A DNA stretch of 64,000 nucleotides from the NCBI GenBank assembly GCA_963803875.1, contig CAWDOA010000009.1, positions 26,216 to 90,215 on the forward strand. The letters run 5' to 3'. Both the position numbers and the translations under genes were made by a program. Positions 22,044 to 31,330 of the stretch are shown here, in pieces. Below the pieces are notes generated by a model. That model did no database searches. It was not told the origin of the DNA and saw only the letters and a list, made by a program, of their open reading frames with translations. Origin of the DNA: an uncultured Acidimicrobiales bacterium (GTDB taxonomy: Bacteria; Actinomycetota; Acidimicrobiia; Acidimicrobiales; SZUA-35). How positions within the stretch are numbered: the stretch's first letter is position 1; each line of letters begins with the position of its first letter.

Positions 22044-22194
22044 AACAATCCCCTCCGGGGGCCTATCCCTCGCATACAGGCCTTCCTGTTCGTGAGAACT
22101 GGAACCGGTCTTCCGGGTCGCTCCGGAACGGGAGTCGTTTGCTCGTACCTCGCAGACGGCCCCACTGCGGTCACGTCGATCCTCTCGGAGGAAG
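22044..22194. repeat. copy of the TCCCTCCGGGGGCC repeat family inserted between two permease genes
   Basis: cccctccgggggcct...gccttcctgttcgtg...cttccgggtcgctccggaacggg matches the start, middle and end blocks of the 124-bp unit at 13476, with an internal deletion. Confidence 0.65.
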
Positions 22195-23094
22195 TCATAA
22201 CGTTTTCCCGCCTTTGCGGAAATAGATCACTGTGGTGGCGAGCATGATTGCCATGAGCACCGTGGAGAGTGCGGCACCAAATGGAAAGTTACGAGCCGTG
22301 AGGAACTGGGTGACGATGTAGCTGCCGAGCAGTGTTGTCTTGGCACCTCCGAGTATCTCCGGCGTCACGTAGGCGCCAAGGCTGGGAATGAAGACCAGAA
22401 TCGATCCGGCTATGACCCCTGGAAGCGAAAGTGGAAGCAACACATGGCGGAACGATTGGAATCCGGTTGCGTACAAGTCTCGGCTTGCTTCGAGAAGCCG
22501 GCCATCGATCCGCTCTATTGATGCGTACAGGGGAAGAATCATGAACGGTAAGAATCCGTACACCAGGCCCAGGACGACCGCAGCTTGGGTGAAGAGCAAT
22601 CGAGTTGGTCCGATGCCCACCGTTTCAGTTACCCGACTCAGGGGGCCGTCAGTTCCCAGGATCACGTACCAGGCGTAGTTGCGAACCAAGAAGTTGGTCC
22701 AGAACGGGATCATCACGAACACCAGCATCAGGTTGCGAACCGACATCCCTCGTGTGGCCATGTAGTAGGCGAAAGGGTAAGCCAGGAGCAGACAGATCAC
22801 GGTGGTGAGGAGAGCCAGAACGAGTGATCGGGTTAGAACCTGTCGGACGAGCCCATCGCCCAGCGCTCGATAGGAATCGGTGTTCCACCCGCTGAGATCG
22901 GTGCCGCCGAATCGGTTCCGCGTGGCAAACGAATACACGAGCACGAGTAGGAGAGGAATTGCGAAGAACACTGTCAGGAACGAGAACGCAGGCAACGCCA
23001 TGAGGAAACCGCGTCGTTTCTCGTGGCGCTGGTTGGCCGCTTCGAACTCTGGCGTCGCAGCCACGACGTCGGGCGGTGTCTCAATCATCGTCAT
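22195..23094 (-). CDS. ABC transporter permease (PotB-like)
   Basis: 6 TM, with loop LEASRDLYATGFQSFRHVLLP. Start taken at ATG 23094 (TGATG overlap with the ATPase stop). The ORF-track start 23133 is also possible. Confidence 0.85.
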   Translation of the reverse strand: MTMIETPPDVVAATPEFEAANQRHEKRRGFLMALPAFSFLTVFFAIPLLLVLVYSFATRNRFGGTDLSGWNTDSYRALGDGLVRQVLTRSLVLALLTTVICLLLAYPFAYYMATRGMSVRNLMLVFVMIPFWTNFLVRNYAWYVILGTDGPLSRVTETVGIGPTRLLFTQAAVVLGLVYGFLPFMILPLYASIERIDGRLLEASRDLYATGFQSFRHVLLPLSLPGVIAGSILVFIPSLGAYVTPEILGGAKTTLLGSYIVTQFLTARNFPFGAALSTVLMAIMLATTVIYFRKGGKTL

Positions 23095-24173
23095 CAGTCG
23101 GGCACCACCCAGTCGGCGGTTCGATCCCACCACACCGCAACGTCGTCACCAGGACCGAACCGAAGGTCAGCGGCGACGGTCTCTGATCGAATCTCGAGGG
23201 TCATCCAATCAACCTTCACCTGGTAGAGCAGGCTGTGGCCGAGGTAGCTGAGAGTTGACACCACTCCGTCGAGACTGGTGCCGAGGTCCTCAGGAGGAAC
23301 ATCGGCACGCAATCCGATGCGAATTGATTCGGGTCGAAGGCTCATGGCCACTTTCGTACCGATTGGGTGGGGATTCGGACACACCAGCTTGCTGCCGTTG
23401 GCGAGGACGATCATGTCGTTGTCGGCAACCGTGGCATCGAGCAGATTTGTCTGGCCGATGAAGTCTGCCACGAAGCGATTGGCGGGACGTTCGTAGAGTT
23501 CGTCGGCGGTTCCCACTTGGAGCAGCTCGCCGTCGTGCATCACTGCGATGCGGTCGCTCATCGTGAGCGCCTCTTCCTGGTCGTGGGTGACGAAGACAAA
23601 ACTGACGCCCAGCTCGCGCTGGAGTGTTTTCAGTTCCACCTGCATTTCTTGGCGAAGTTTGAGATCTAGTGCACCGAGAGGTTCGTCCAACAACAACACC
23701 TTGGGCTGATTTACCAAAGCCCGTGCCAGCGCGACGCGTTGCTGTTGTCCACCCGAGAGCTGCGAAGGCTTCCGTTTTTCCATCCCGGTGAGCTGAACAA
23801 GGTCGATCAACTCCATCGCTTGACGAGATGCGGTTGCTTTCTTCAACCCTCCCATGCGCAATCCGAAGCTCACATTGTCGAGAACGTTCATATGGGGGAA
23901 CAATGCGTAGTTCTGGAAGACCGTGTTCACGGGCCGCTTGTTGGGTGGGAGCGTTCCGACTTCGTCACCGAAGATCTGTAGGCTTCCCTCGGTCGGGAAC
24001 TCGAGGCCGGCAATCATTCGAAGGGTTGTTGTTTTGCCACACCCGGAAGGCCCCAGCATGGCGAAGAACTCACCGTCAGCGATGTCCAGTGAGATGTTGT
24101 CGACAGCGGTCACGTCGTCGAAACGTTTCGTTACCGACCTGATCGATACGGCGGGTGTTGATTCTTGAGCCAT
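23094..24173 (-). CDS. ABC transporter ATP-binding protein (PotA-like)
   Basis: Walker A GPSGCGKTT, signature LSGGQQQR, Walker B LLLDEP, C-terminal TOBE-like domain. Confidence 0.9.
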   Translation of the reverse strand: MAQESTPAVSIRSVTKRFDDVTAVDNISLDIADGEFFAMLGPSGCGKTTTLRMIAGLEFPTEGSLQIFGDEVGTLPPNKRPVNTVFQNYALFPHMNVLDNVSFGLRMGGLKKATASRQAMELIDLVQLTGMEKRKPSQLSGGQQQRVALARALVNQPKVLLLDEPLGALDLKLRQEMQVELKTLQRELGVSFVFVTHDQEEALTMSDRIAVMHDGELLQVGTADELYERPANRFVADFIGQTNLLDATVADNDMIVLANGSKLVCPNPHPIGTKVAMSLRPESIRIGLRADVPPEDLGTSLDGVVSTLSYLGHSLLYQVKVDWMTLEIRSETVAADLRFGPGDDVAVWWDRTADWVVPD

Positions 24174-25162
24174 CAGATCCGTCCATAGGGTCGAGAGTTT
24201 GCACCGGCGCGAACCGCCTGAGTGCAGATGAAGTCGTGAGCGATCGTCGCAGCTGCGATTGCGGTTATCTCGCTGATGTCATATGCCGGCGCAACCTCGA
24301 CGACGTCCATGCCGACGATGTTCACGTTTGTGAGTCCACGGATTGCGTCGAGGGCTTGGGCGGTGGTGAGACCGCCCGAGACGGGCGTTCCGGTCCCCGG
24401 TGCGAATGCTGGATCGAGACAATCGATGTCGAATGTGAGGTAGGCCGGAGTATCGCCGACGACTTCTCCTACGACGTTGAGAACCGCTGGTATGCCTTCG
24501 CGATGAACCCATGGTGCGCCCAGGATCGTAAAACCGTGGGTTTCGGAGTTCATGGTCCGGATACCGATCTGGACAGAAGTCGCCGGATTGATTATCCCTT
24601 CTCGCAATGCGCGCAGAAACATTGACCCGTGGTCGAGGCGTCCGGGGTCGTCTTCCCATGTGTCGCAATGAGCGTCGAAGTGGATGAGTGAAAGCGGCCC
24701 GTGCTTCTTGGCATGCGCCCGCAGCAGGGGATAGGTGATGAAGTGATCGCCCCCGAAGGTGACCATCTGGGTGTCCGTGGCCAAGATGCTGTCGGCGTGG
24801 GCCTCGATGAGCTCGGGGGCATCCTCTGGATGTCCCCAGTCGAGAAAGCAGTCGCCGTAATCCACCACCGCAAGCGTGTCGAAGGGATCGAATCCCCACG
24901 GGTAGGCGTGGAGTTCGGCGAGTCCCACCGACGCTTCCCGAATGCTGCGGGGGCCAAAGCGAGCACCGGGACGATTCGAGGTGCCCATGTCGAAACAGAT
25001 GCCCGAGACGGCAATGTCTGCGTGTGTGAGATCACGGGTGTACAGCCGACGCAAGAATGACAGCGCGCCGCCGAAGGTCATGTCGGTCTTGCGTCCGATC
25101 AAACCTTCCCGGCTCGTTGCATCGCCTCGGAAGGCCTGATCGCCCGGAGAATCTTGGCTCAT
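24173..25162 (-). CDS. agmatinase/guanidino-acid hydrolase (ureohydrolase family)
   Basis: Mn-site motifs GGDHFITY, HFDAHCDTW, DIDCLDPAFAPGTGTP. Substrate cannot be read from sequence. Confidence 0.85.
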   Translation of the reverse strand: MSQDSPGDQAFRGDATSREGLIGRKTDMTFGGALSFLRRLYTRDLTHADIAVSGICFDMGTSNRPGARFGPRSIREASVGLAELHAYPWGFDPFDTLAVVDYGDCFLDWGHPEDAPELIEAHADSILATDTQMVTFGGDHFITYPLLRAHAKKHGPLSLIHFDAHCDTWEDDPGRLDHGSMFLRALREGIINPATSVQIGIRTMNSETHGFTILGAPWVHREGIPAVLNVVGEVVGDTPAYLTFDIDCLDPAFAPGTGTPVSGGLTTAQALDAIRGLTNVNIVGMDVVEVAPAYDISEITAIAAATIAHDFICTQAVRAGANSRPYGRI

Positions 25163-25605
25163 CCCACCCCCCAGTCATATGTCTGCTTCACGATTCCGAG
25201 ATAGGGCAACAACTCGACCGATGTCACGTTCGGCATCGAACGAAAGTCGTTGGTGAGATCAACGAAGGTCGCTCGATCTCGGCATACAACTTCGGCGATC
25301 AGGTCGAATTGGCCTGCTGTCATCACGACGTAAACGGAGTCGGCGAAGGAAGCCACGTCGTTGGCGACCGACCTAGCATCGGAGTTCACCTTGAACCCCA
25401 CCATCGCCTGGGTGGAGAGCCCTAGCTTCACAGGATCGGTCACGGCCACGATGTCGATGACGCCGTCGGTGGTGAGCCGATTGACCCGTTGTCGTGCTGC
25501 GGCATCGGACAGCCCCACAAGTTTTCCCAACCGGGCGAACGACGTCCGGCCATCAGCCTGGAGGTGCCTGATCAGATTTCGGTCGATGTCGTCTATTGAA
25601 GGCAT
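25159..25605 (-). CDS. Lrp/AsnC family transcriptional regulator
   Basis: 148 aa. N-terminal HTH (DRNLIRHLQADGRTSFARLGKLVGLSDAAARQRVNRL) plus a RAM-type C-terminal domain. Confidence 0.85.
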   Translation of the reverse strand: MPSIDDIDRNLIRHLQADGRTSFARLGKLVGLSDAAARQRVNRLTTDGVIDIVAVTDPVKLGLSTQAMVGFKVNSDARSVANDVASFADSVYVVMTAGQFDLIAEVVCRDRATFVDLTNDFRSMPNVTSVELLPYLGIVKQTYDWGVG

Positions 25606-25609
25606 TCGA

Positions 25610-26299
25610 TCACCCGTGGCGGTTTTCGATGTAGCGCGGATTGTGCCAAATGATCAACGATGCCCAACTGTCGACCGCAGGATCTGCCATGTAGTTCGCC
25701 AATGCGCACGGCGACTCGAATCCGTTGGCGAGCTGGAACGTGAGTGTGGGGTCGTACAGGCGACCTTCGCGCACTTCTGCGATGTACTCGTCGGCCGACA
25801 TCTCGTGCTTGTGGTCGGCGAATCCGGGTATTACCCCGCCGGCGATGATTCCTCGGAGGTTCAGATCTGCACATACTTGCTTCCGCAGGTCATACAGCTC
25901 CTTACCGATTCCGCGACGGCGGTAGGAGGGGCGTACCACGATGTCGGTGCCGTAGTACCAGTCGCCATGGGGATCATCCCCACACGCCGTTGGTGCATCG
26001 TTGAAGAACGTCTTGAGGTTGTGCTGAGGGCTGTTGAGGTCGAAGTCGGTCCGTAGGCCCAAACCGGCCGCAACCGGCACCCCACGGTCGGGCCCGTCAA
26101 AGCCGACGTAACTTCCCTCAGGGAACTCGCGAGCCACATCTCGGTATTCCGCCGCGCTATACAGATCCTCGGGAAGCGCTGTAGGGAATGACAGAACCTC
26201 CAATTCCTCCATGGCGTCGGCCATCTCCTCGGTCAGGCGCGTGTACTGAAGTCCTGAGCGGGGCCCCACGGCTACCAGGTCTGCTGGATGGTCAGTCAT
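25610..26299 (-). CDS. GNAT family N-acyltransferase
   Basis: 229 aa. Acyl-CoA binding motif VRPSYRRRGIGKELY. Confidence 0.65.
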   Translation of the reverse strand: MTDHPADLVAVGPRSGLQYTRLTEEMADAMEELEVLSFPTALPEDLYSAAEYRDVAREFPEGSYVGFDGPDRGVPVAAGLGLRTDFDLNSPQHNLKTFFNDAPTACGDDPHGDWYYGTDIVVRPSYRRRGIGKELYDLRKQVCADLNLRGIIAGGVIPGFADHKHEMSADEYIAEVREGRLYDPTLTFQLANGFESPCALANYMADPAVDSWASLIIWHNPRYIENRHG

Positions 26300-27398
26300 C
26301 GAAGCTCACATGCTGATAGCGATTGTCTTCGGGTCGACCCCAGCAGGCCCAGAAGTCTCCCGTGCTCGGCCGCATCACGGCCGCACCGCTCGATTCAATG
26401 TGGTACGGCGCCGTCGCCCGCTGGCAAATTGCGTCGGGCTCTCGGGTGAGTCCCATTACGCGCTCCACATCGATTGGGCCCTCTCTCAACAGATCCACGG
26501 CGGTCTTCAAACGAGCGTCTGAGCTAGCCAGGAGGCCGCTGTCTTTCGGAGCCTGTACCGCGCCGGTGTCGGGATGGATGGTGTGATTGGTGTGGACCAG
26601 CGGCGCATCGTGCAAGGTGTCGATCGCCATGACAGAAGGCATTGCCTCCACGTTGTAACCGGACCCGTGGCGGTCGAAGATGAGGAAGTTGTGCCCACCG
26701 GCCAGCTGCGCTCGCTCGAGGGTGGCGAGTGCTTCTTCGGCGGTTGCGGTTTTCAGCATCGCTCGGACAACTGTCGGCCAGGTAACACCGGGTTGACCGT
26801 CGAGGCAGGTGAGGTTGTTGATTCCCACGCAGACGCCTTCGGAATTCATGCCGATTTGGCCTAGGCACCCCGTGGTGGTGAAGACCAACGCGGCCGGTTT
26901 GTCGCTGGGCCGGATCCGGAGTAGCAGCACGTAGTCGGTTGCCGTGTCGTGCATGTCCCAGGTCTGTCCGAAGATGCCGGCGTTGTTCGCCCGCGAGTCC
27001 GGAATGATCATTGCAGTGCAGTCGTCTTCGGTGACAGACAGCGGGGCAACGCCTCCGACCTGGGCGCGAACGGTGTCAACAAAATCAGTGAACCCGCCGA
27101 CGACCACAGCCTGAGCGGGCGAGATGCCCGCAGCTGATGCCATGGCGAGCATTTCGGTGTGGAGATCTCGATCGAATTCCTCGTGCGCTGGGAGCATCGA
27201 CTCGGCCAGCGCCAACACGTCAGACTCTTTGAGCTGGCCACCGCTCCACAGGCCCGAGCAGACAAGCTCGACTCGTTCGGCGGCATATCGCCTGATCTCT
27301 TCTGCGTACCGGGCCCCGTGCGCCGAACCGATGTCGGAGGGTGATCCCGCGGCGTCGAGAATGCGAATCGAAGGACGCAGGTTCTGTCCGGCGGTCAC
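26292..27398 (-). CDS. C45 family Ntn-hydrolase (acyl-CoA:6-aminopenicillanic acid acyltransferase-like)
   Basis: 368 aa. Internal ...EDDCTAMIIP... followed by GQTWDM, typical of self-processing C45 peptidases/acyltransferases. Confidence 0.6.
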   Translation of the reverse strand: MTAGQNLRPSIRILDAAGSPSDIGSAHGARYAEEIRRYAAERVELVCSGLWSGGQLKESDVLALAESMLPAHEEFDRDLHTEMLAMASAAGISPAQAVVVGGFTDFVDTVRAQVGGVAPLSVTEDDCTAMIIPDSRANNAGIFGQTWDMHDTATDYVLLLRIRPSDKPAALVFTTTGCLGQIGMNSEGVCVGINNLTCLDGQPGVTWPTVVRAMLKTATAEEALATLERAQLAGGHNFLIFDRHGSGYNVEAMPSVMAIDTLHDAPLVHTNHTIHPDTGAVQAPKDSGLLASSDARLKTAVDLLREGPIDVERVMGLTREPDAICQRATAPYHIESSGAAVMRPSTGDFWACWGRPEDNRYQHVSFDD

Positions 27399-28624
27399 GA
27401 CAGCGGATTCTTGGCGATGGCGTCGGCGAGCACATCGACACAGATGTCGATATCTGCATCGGAGATCACCAAGGGTGGGCAGAATGCAATGGAGTCACCG
27501 ATTGGTCGAGCGATCACGCCGTTGTCGAGCATGGTGTCGCGGATGGCGCAGGATCGTTCATAGGTCGTACCCTCGCCAAGACGTCCAGCCCACACTGCGC
27601 CGACGCCGCGAACCTCCGATAGCGCACCGTCGCCGGCCAGAGCGTGTAGCCCCGTAGACAATCGTTTGCCGACGCTGTTGGCACGTTCTACGAGGCCTTC
27701 GTTTTCGATCAAGTTGATATTGGCGATCACCGCAGCCGATCCGCCGGGATGACCGCTATAGGTGTAGCCGTGTCGGAATAGGAAGTTCGGGTCCGACTCC
27801 AATACGTCGGCCACCCCTCGGCTGATCAAGACGCCCCCCACTGGCTGGTAGCCGCTCGTAACGCCCTTGGCGAAGGTGATGAGGTCGGGCTCGGTGTTGT
27901 AGGTCTGACTTGCGAACCATGAGCCGGTTCGCCCGAAACCGGAAATCACCTCGTCGAAGATCAGTAATGCATCGTTTGCATCGCACAGCTCGCGCAATCG
28001 GCGGAGGTAGTTCTCGGTTGGTGGGAACACACCGCCAGCACCCTGTATCGGTTCGCAGAGTACCGCAGCGACCCGATCACCCGATTCGGCGAAAAGGCGG
28101 GCTGCACTTTCGATGTCATCGGGGTCGATCTCCACCACATGAGGCAAGAGGTCGCCCCAGTTCTCCCGGTTTGGTGCGATCCCCTGGAGAGAGGTTCCAC
28201 CGAGATTCACACCGTGATAGCCGCGAGTCCGACGGGCGATGATCTGTCGGTCCGGTTCTCCCTTCAACTGCGGTATGAGTCGGGCGATCTTGAGAGCGGT
28301 GTCGATCGACTCTGATCCCGAGCAACACAAGAACACCCGTGGATCTTCGAACGGGGAGACCTCGGCGATTCGATCTGCTGCCTGCTCAGCGATCTCCAGC
28401 GTGAACGGCGCAAATGAGTTGTAGGTGGCGAGCGTGTTCATCTGCTCGTGCACGGCTTCGATGATTTCGGAGCGGTTGTGACCTACCTGGCAATACCACA
28501 GACTGCCGAGACCGTCGATGTACTCGCGACCCTTGGTGTCGAACACCCGAACTCCTTCGGCTCTAACCAGAATTCGTTCGCTGGCAACGGCTGGCTTGCC
28601 GAAGGGCTGCAAGAACGCTGTCAT
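27395..28624 (-). CDS. class III (omega) aminotransferase
   Basis: 409 aa. PLP-lysine context DLITFAKGVTSGYQP, plus FDEVISGFGRTG. Confidence 0.85.
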   Translation of the reverse strand: MTAFLQPFGKPAVASERILVRAEGVRVFDTKGREYIDGLGSLWYCQVGHNRSEIIEAVHEQMNTLATYNSFAPFTLEIAEQAADRIAEVSPFEDPRVFLCCSGSESIDTALKIARLIPQLKGEPDRQIIARRTRGYHGVNLGGTSLQGIAPNRENWGDLLPHVVEIDPDDIESAARLFAESGDRVAAVLCEPIQGAGGVFPPTENYLRRLRELCDANDALLIFDEVISGFGRTGSWFASQTYNTEPDLITFAKGVTSGYQPVGGVLISRGVADVLESDPNFLFRHGYTYSGHPGGSAAVIANINLIENEGLVERANSVGKRLSTGLHALAGDGALSEVRGVGAVWAGRLGEGTTYERSCAIRDTMLDNGVIARPIGDSIAFCPPLVISDADIDICVDVLADAIAKNPLS

Positions 28625-28668
28625 CGTGTCTCCCCGTGAGTTTCTTCGAGAGGGTCAGATCCCCTGAA

Positions 28669-28705
28669 ATCGAAGCCGATACCCCCATTTGCATCGGATT
28701 TCGAT
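28669..28705. promoter_or_regulatory. inverted repeat in divergent promoter region (candidate operator)
   Basis: ATCGAAgCCGAT-n12-ATCGGatTTCGAT, between the aminotransferase operon start (28624, -) and the FAD oxidase start (28759, +). Confidence 0.3.
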
Positions 28706-28758
28706 GAGTATTGCACGTTCGTCTTGCAGATTCGAGGCAAACGGCTAGTTTTCTGGCG

Positions 28759-30186
28759 ATGCCCGACTCAGGAACAGCTTCTATCGCCAACGCCATCACC
28801 CAACCACTTTGGCTCGACCAACTTGGCTTTGATATCTCGCCTGAGGGTGAAACGGCCAATCACGTCAGACCATCCCTTGCGGGTGATACCCAGGTAGACG
28901 TGGCCATCGTCGGCGGCGGATTCAGCGGCCTATGGACCGCGTATTACCTGATCAGGAACGATCCGACGCTGCGGATCCAGGTGATCGAGCGTCACTTCTG
29001 CGGCTACGGCGCATCGGGTCGCAACGGGGGCTGGGCAGTCGGCGAGCTTGCGGGATCGTTGGAGAAGTATGCGAAGCGGTCCTCACCCGAAGCGGCCATG
29101 CATCAGGCTCGGGCGGTCTTCGATGCCGTCGATGAAATTGGTCGGGTGTCCACTGCGGAAGCTATCGATTGTGGGTTTGCGAAGGGCGGAACTATTCGGC
29201 TCGCCCGGAACACGCCTCAGGCCGAACGCCAGCGGGAGGAGATTGCCCACGAACGGGCGAATGGTTTCACCGAGGACGAGATTCGTCTGCTCGACGCCGA
29301 TCAGGCTCGCGCGTATCTCAACGCAAGCCGGGTGGCCAGTGGCATCTATTATCCTCACTCGGCTGCGCTGAATCCGGCCCGATTGGTTCGGGGCCTGGCT
29401 TCGGTCGTGGAGGATGCCGGGGTTTCGATTGCCGAGGGAACAACGGTCAGCGCCATCGATAACGGGTGCGTGCGTACCGAACACGGCACGGTTCGGGCAG
29501 ACGTAGTCGTGCAAGCGACCGAGGCGTACACCCGTGACCTCGAGGGGAAGCGCCGAGATCTTCTGCCGGTGTACTCGCTGATGATTGCGACCGAGCCGCT
29601 CCCGGATTCGGTTTTCGACGAGATCGGGTTGGGTGAGCGGCCGACCTTCGCCGACGATCGCTTCATGGTGATCTATGGCCAACGCACCAGCGACAACCGA
29701 ATTGCCTTCGGGGGTCGGGGGGTGCCCTACCTCTTTGGTTCACAGATCGACCGCAGGGCCGAATTGCATCTGCAATCGCACCGGCTGATTCAGTCGACCC
29801 TGGCCGAGATGTTGCCAGCGGTTGCCGACGCCCGCATCACTCATCGCTGGGGTGGTGTATTGGGCATTCCTCGCGACTGGGTGCCAGGACTTCGATTTGA
29901 TCGATCCACTGGGTCGGGTGTGCTCGGCGGCTACGTCGGTGAAGGAGTAGCGGCGGCAAACCTTGCGGGCCGAACCATGGCCGATCTTGTTCTAGGGCGG
30001 TCAACCGATCGGACCTCGTTGCCCTGGGTCGGGCACCGATCCCGGCGCTGGGAACCGGAGCCATTTCGGTTCCTCGGGGTGCGTAGCAGCCGCATGATTC
30101 TTGCCGCTGCGGACAAGCGGGAAGATACCACCGACAAGCCGGCGACGGCGGCTTTCAAAATCTCGCGCCTTTTGCGAGGTGCATGA
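28759..30186 (+). CDS. FAD-dependent oxidoreductase (DAO family, gamma-glutamylputrescine-oxidase-like)
   Basis: Dinucleotide fold VAIVGGGFSGLWTAYYL, about 475 aa. Start taken at ATG 28759; the ORF-track start 28711 is non-ATG. Confidence 0.8.
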   Translation: MPDSGTASIANAITQPLWLDQLGFDISPEGETANHVRPSLAGDTQVDVAIVGGGFSGLWTAYYLIRNDPTLRIQVIERHFCGYGASGRNGGWAVGELAGSLEKYAKRSSPEAAMHQARAVFDAVDEIGRVSTAEAIDCGFAKGGTIRLARNTPQAERQREEIAHERANGFTEDEIRLLDADQARAYLNASRVASGIYYPHSAALNPARLVRGLASVVEDAGVSIAEGTTVSAIDNGCVRTEHGTVRADVVVQATEAYTRDLEGKRRDLLPVYSLMIATEPLPDSVFDEIGLGERPTFADDRFMVIYGQRTSDNRIAFGGRGVPYLFGSQIDRRAELHLQSHRLIQSTLAEMLPAVADARITHRWGGVLGIPRDWVPGLRFDRSTGSGVLGGYVGEGVAAANLAGRTMADLVLGRSTDRTSLPWVGHRSRRWEPEPFRFLGVRSSRMILAAADKREDTTDKPATAAFKISRLLRGA

Positions 30187-30538
30187 ACAGCTGCGATCAC
30201 GAGACAAGAACACCCACCCAGGAGAGTACAGCCACCCCCAGACCTACCGCAGGCGCCAAGGGCCGCCCCGACAGTGCGGTGAGGAGGCATTGCCCAACCC
30301 CCGACGAGTGTGGAGGGCGCCGCAACGATGGCCTAGACAACACAACCGATCATAAGGATGGCTTGAGGCTGGGAGCCCGGACTCGGCGGGGTGCACTGGG
30401 GATGTGGTCCACGATCTTGTATCGGTAGTGCAACATCAGAGTGATACCGAATGCTGACTTGGGGCACAATGCAACTTGTTTCGATGCAGACGCAGTGACG
30501 CCGATAGGTGATCGGCCCCTACTACCCTGAGGAGCCAC

Positions 30539-30600
30539 GTCAATCCCTCCGGGCGCCGTCGGGCCACGGAGTCCGTCAATCCCTCCGGGGGCCGTTCAGG
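30539..30600. repeat. 36-bp direct duplication carrying the repeat-family core
   Basis: gtcaatccctccggg[c/g]gccgt occurs at 30539 and 30575, just upstream of ftsE. Confidence 0.55.
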
Positions 30601-30635
30601 TCGCGGAGACTGATCTTTGAAGAGTGCGCCGCTAA

Positions 30636-31316
30636 GTGATCAAGCTCGAGAACGTCACAAAGGAATACAAGGGCTCGTCCGTCGCGCTCAGGGATGCCTC
30701 TGCTGAGATCAGCAAAGGCGAATTTGTCTTCCTTGTCGGCCCCTCGGGGTCAGGAAAGTCCACGTTTCTGCGACTGCTCAACAAACAGGAGGTGGCTGAC
30801 AGCGGACGGGTGCTGGTGAACGGGAAGGACGTTGGTGAACTACACCCATGGAAGGTGCCCCTCCTACGACGCCAGATCGGCTGTGTGTTTCAGGACTTCA
30901 AACTGCTCCCATCCCGCACGGTGGGGGAGAACGTGAGCTTCGCCCTCGAGGTGATCGGTAAGCCCAAGCACATCATCGAAACCCAGGTGCCAGCGATCTG
31001 TGAGCTGGTCGGACTCGGTGACAAGATCGACAAGTATCCGCACCAGCTTTCTGGAGGCGAGCAACAGCGAGTGAGTATCGCCAGGGCCTTCGTGAACCGT
31101 CCGGTGATCCTTCTGGCTGATGAGCCCACTGGAAACCTCGACCCCCAGACCGCCAACGGGATCATGTGGCTGCTCGACCGCATCAATCGGTCAGCCAACA
31201 CCACTGTGGTCATGGCCACGCATGACCGTGGCATCGTCGACACGATGCGTCGACGTGTGATCGAACTCTCACACGGCTCGATCGTGCGCGATCAAAGCCG
31301 CGGCGTCTACGACTGA
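30636..31316 (+). CDS. ftsE: cell division ATP-binding protein FtsE
   Basis: GTG start. Walker [29 protein letters not shown]. Followed by ftsX. Confidence 0.93.
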   Translation: MIKLENVTKEYKGSSVALRDASAEISKGEFVFLVGPSGSGKSTFLRLLNKQEVADSGRVLVNGKDVGELHPWKVPLLRRQIGCVFQDFKLLPSRTVGENVSFALEVIGKPKHIIETQVPAICELVGLGDKIDKYPHQLSGGEQQRVSIARAFVNRPVILLADEPTGNLDPQTANGIMWLLDRINRSANTTVVMATHDRGIVDTMRRRVIELSHGSIVRDQSRGVYD

Positions 31317-31330
31317 GCAGGAGACAGCAC

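Noticed and set aside
30183-30538. ORFs of 81 aa (+) and 62 aa (-) in the spacer before ftsE
   Set aside because: Poor coding composition and no RBS. The region is better explained as promoter/5'UTR plus repeat sequence. I could not identify a structured RNA there either.
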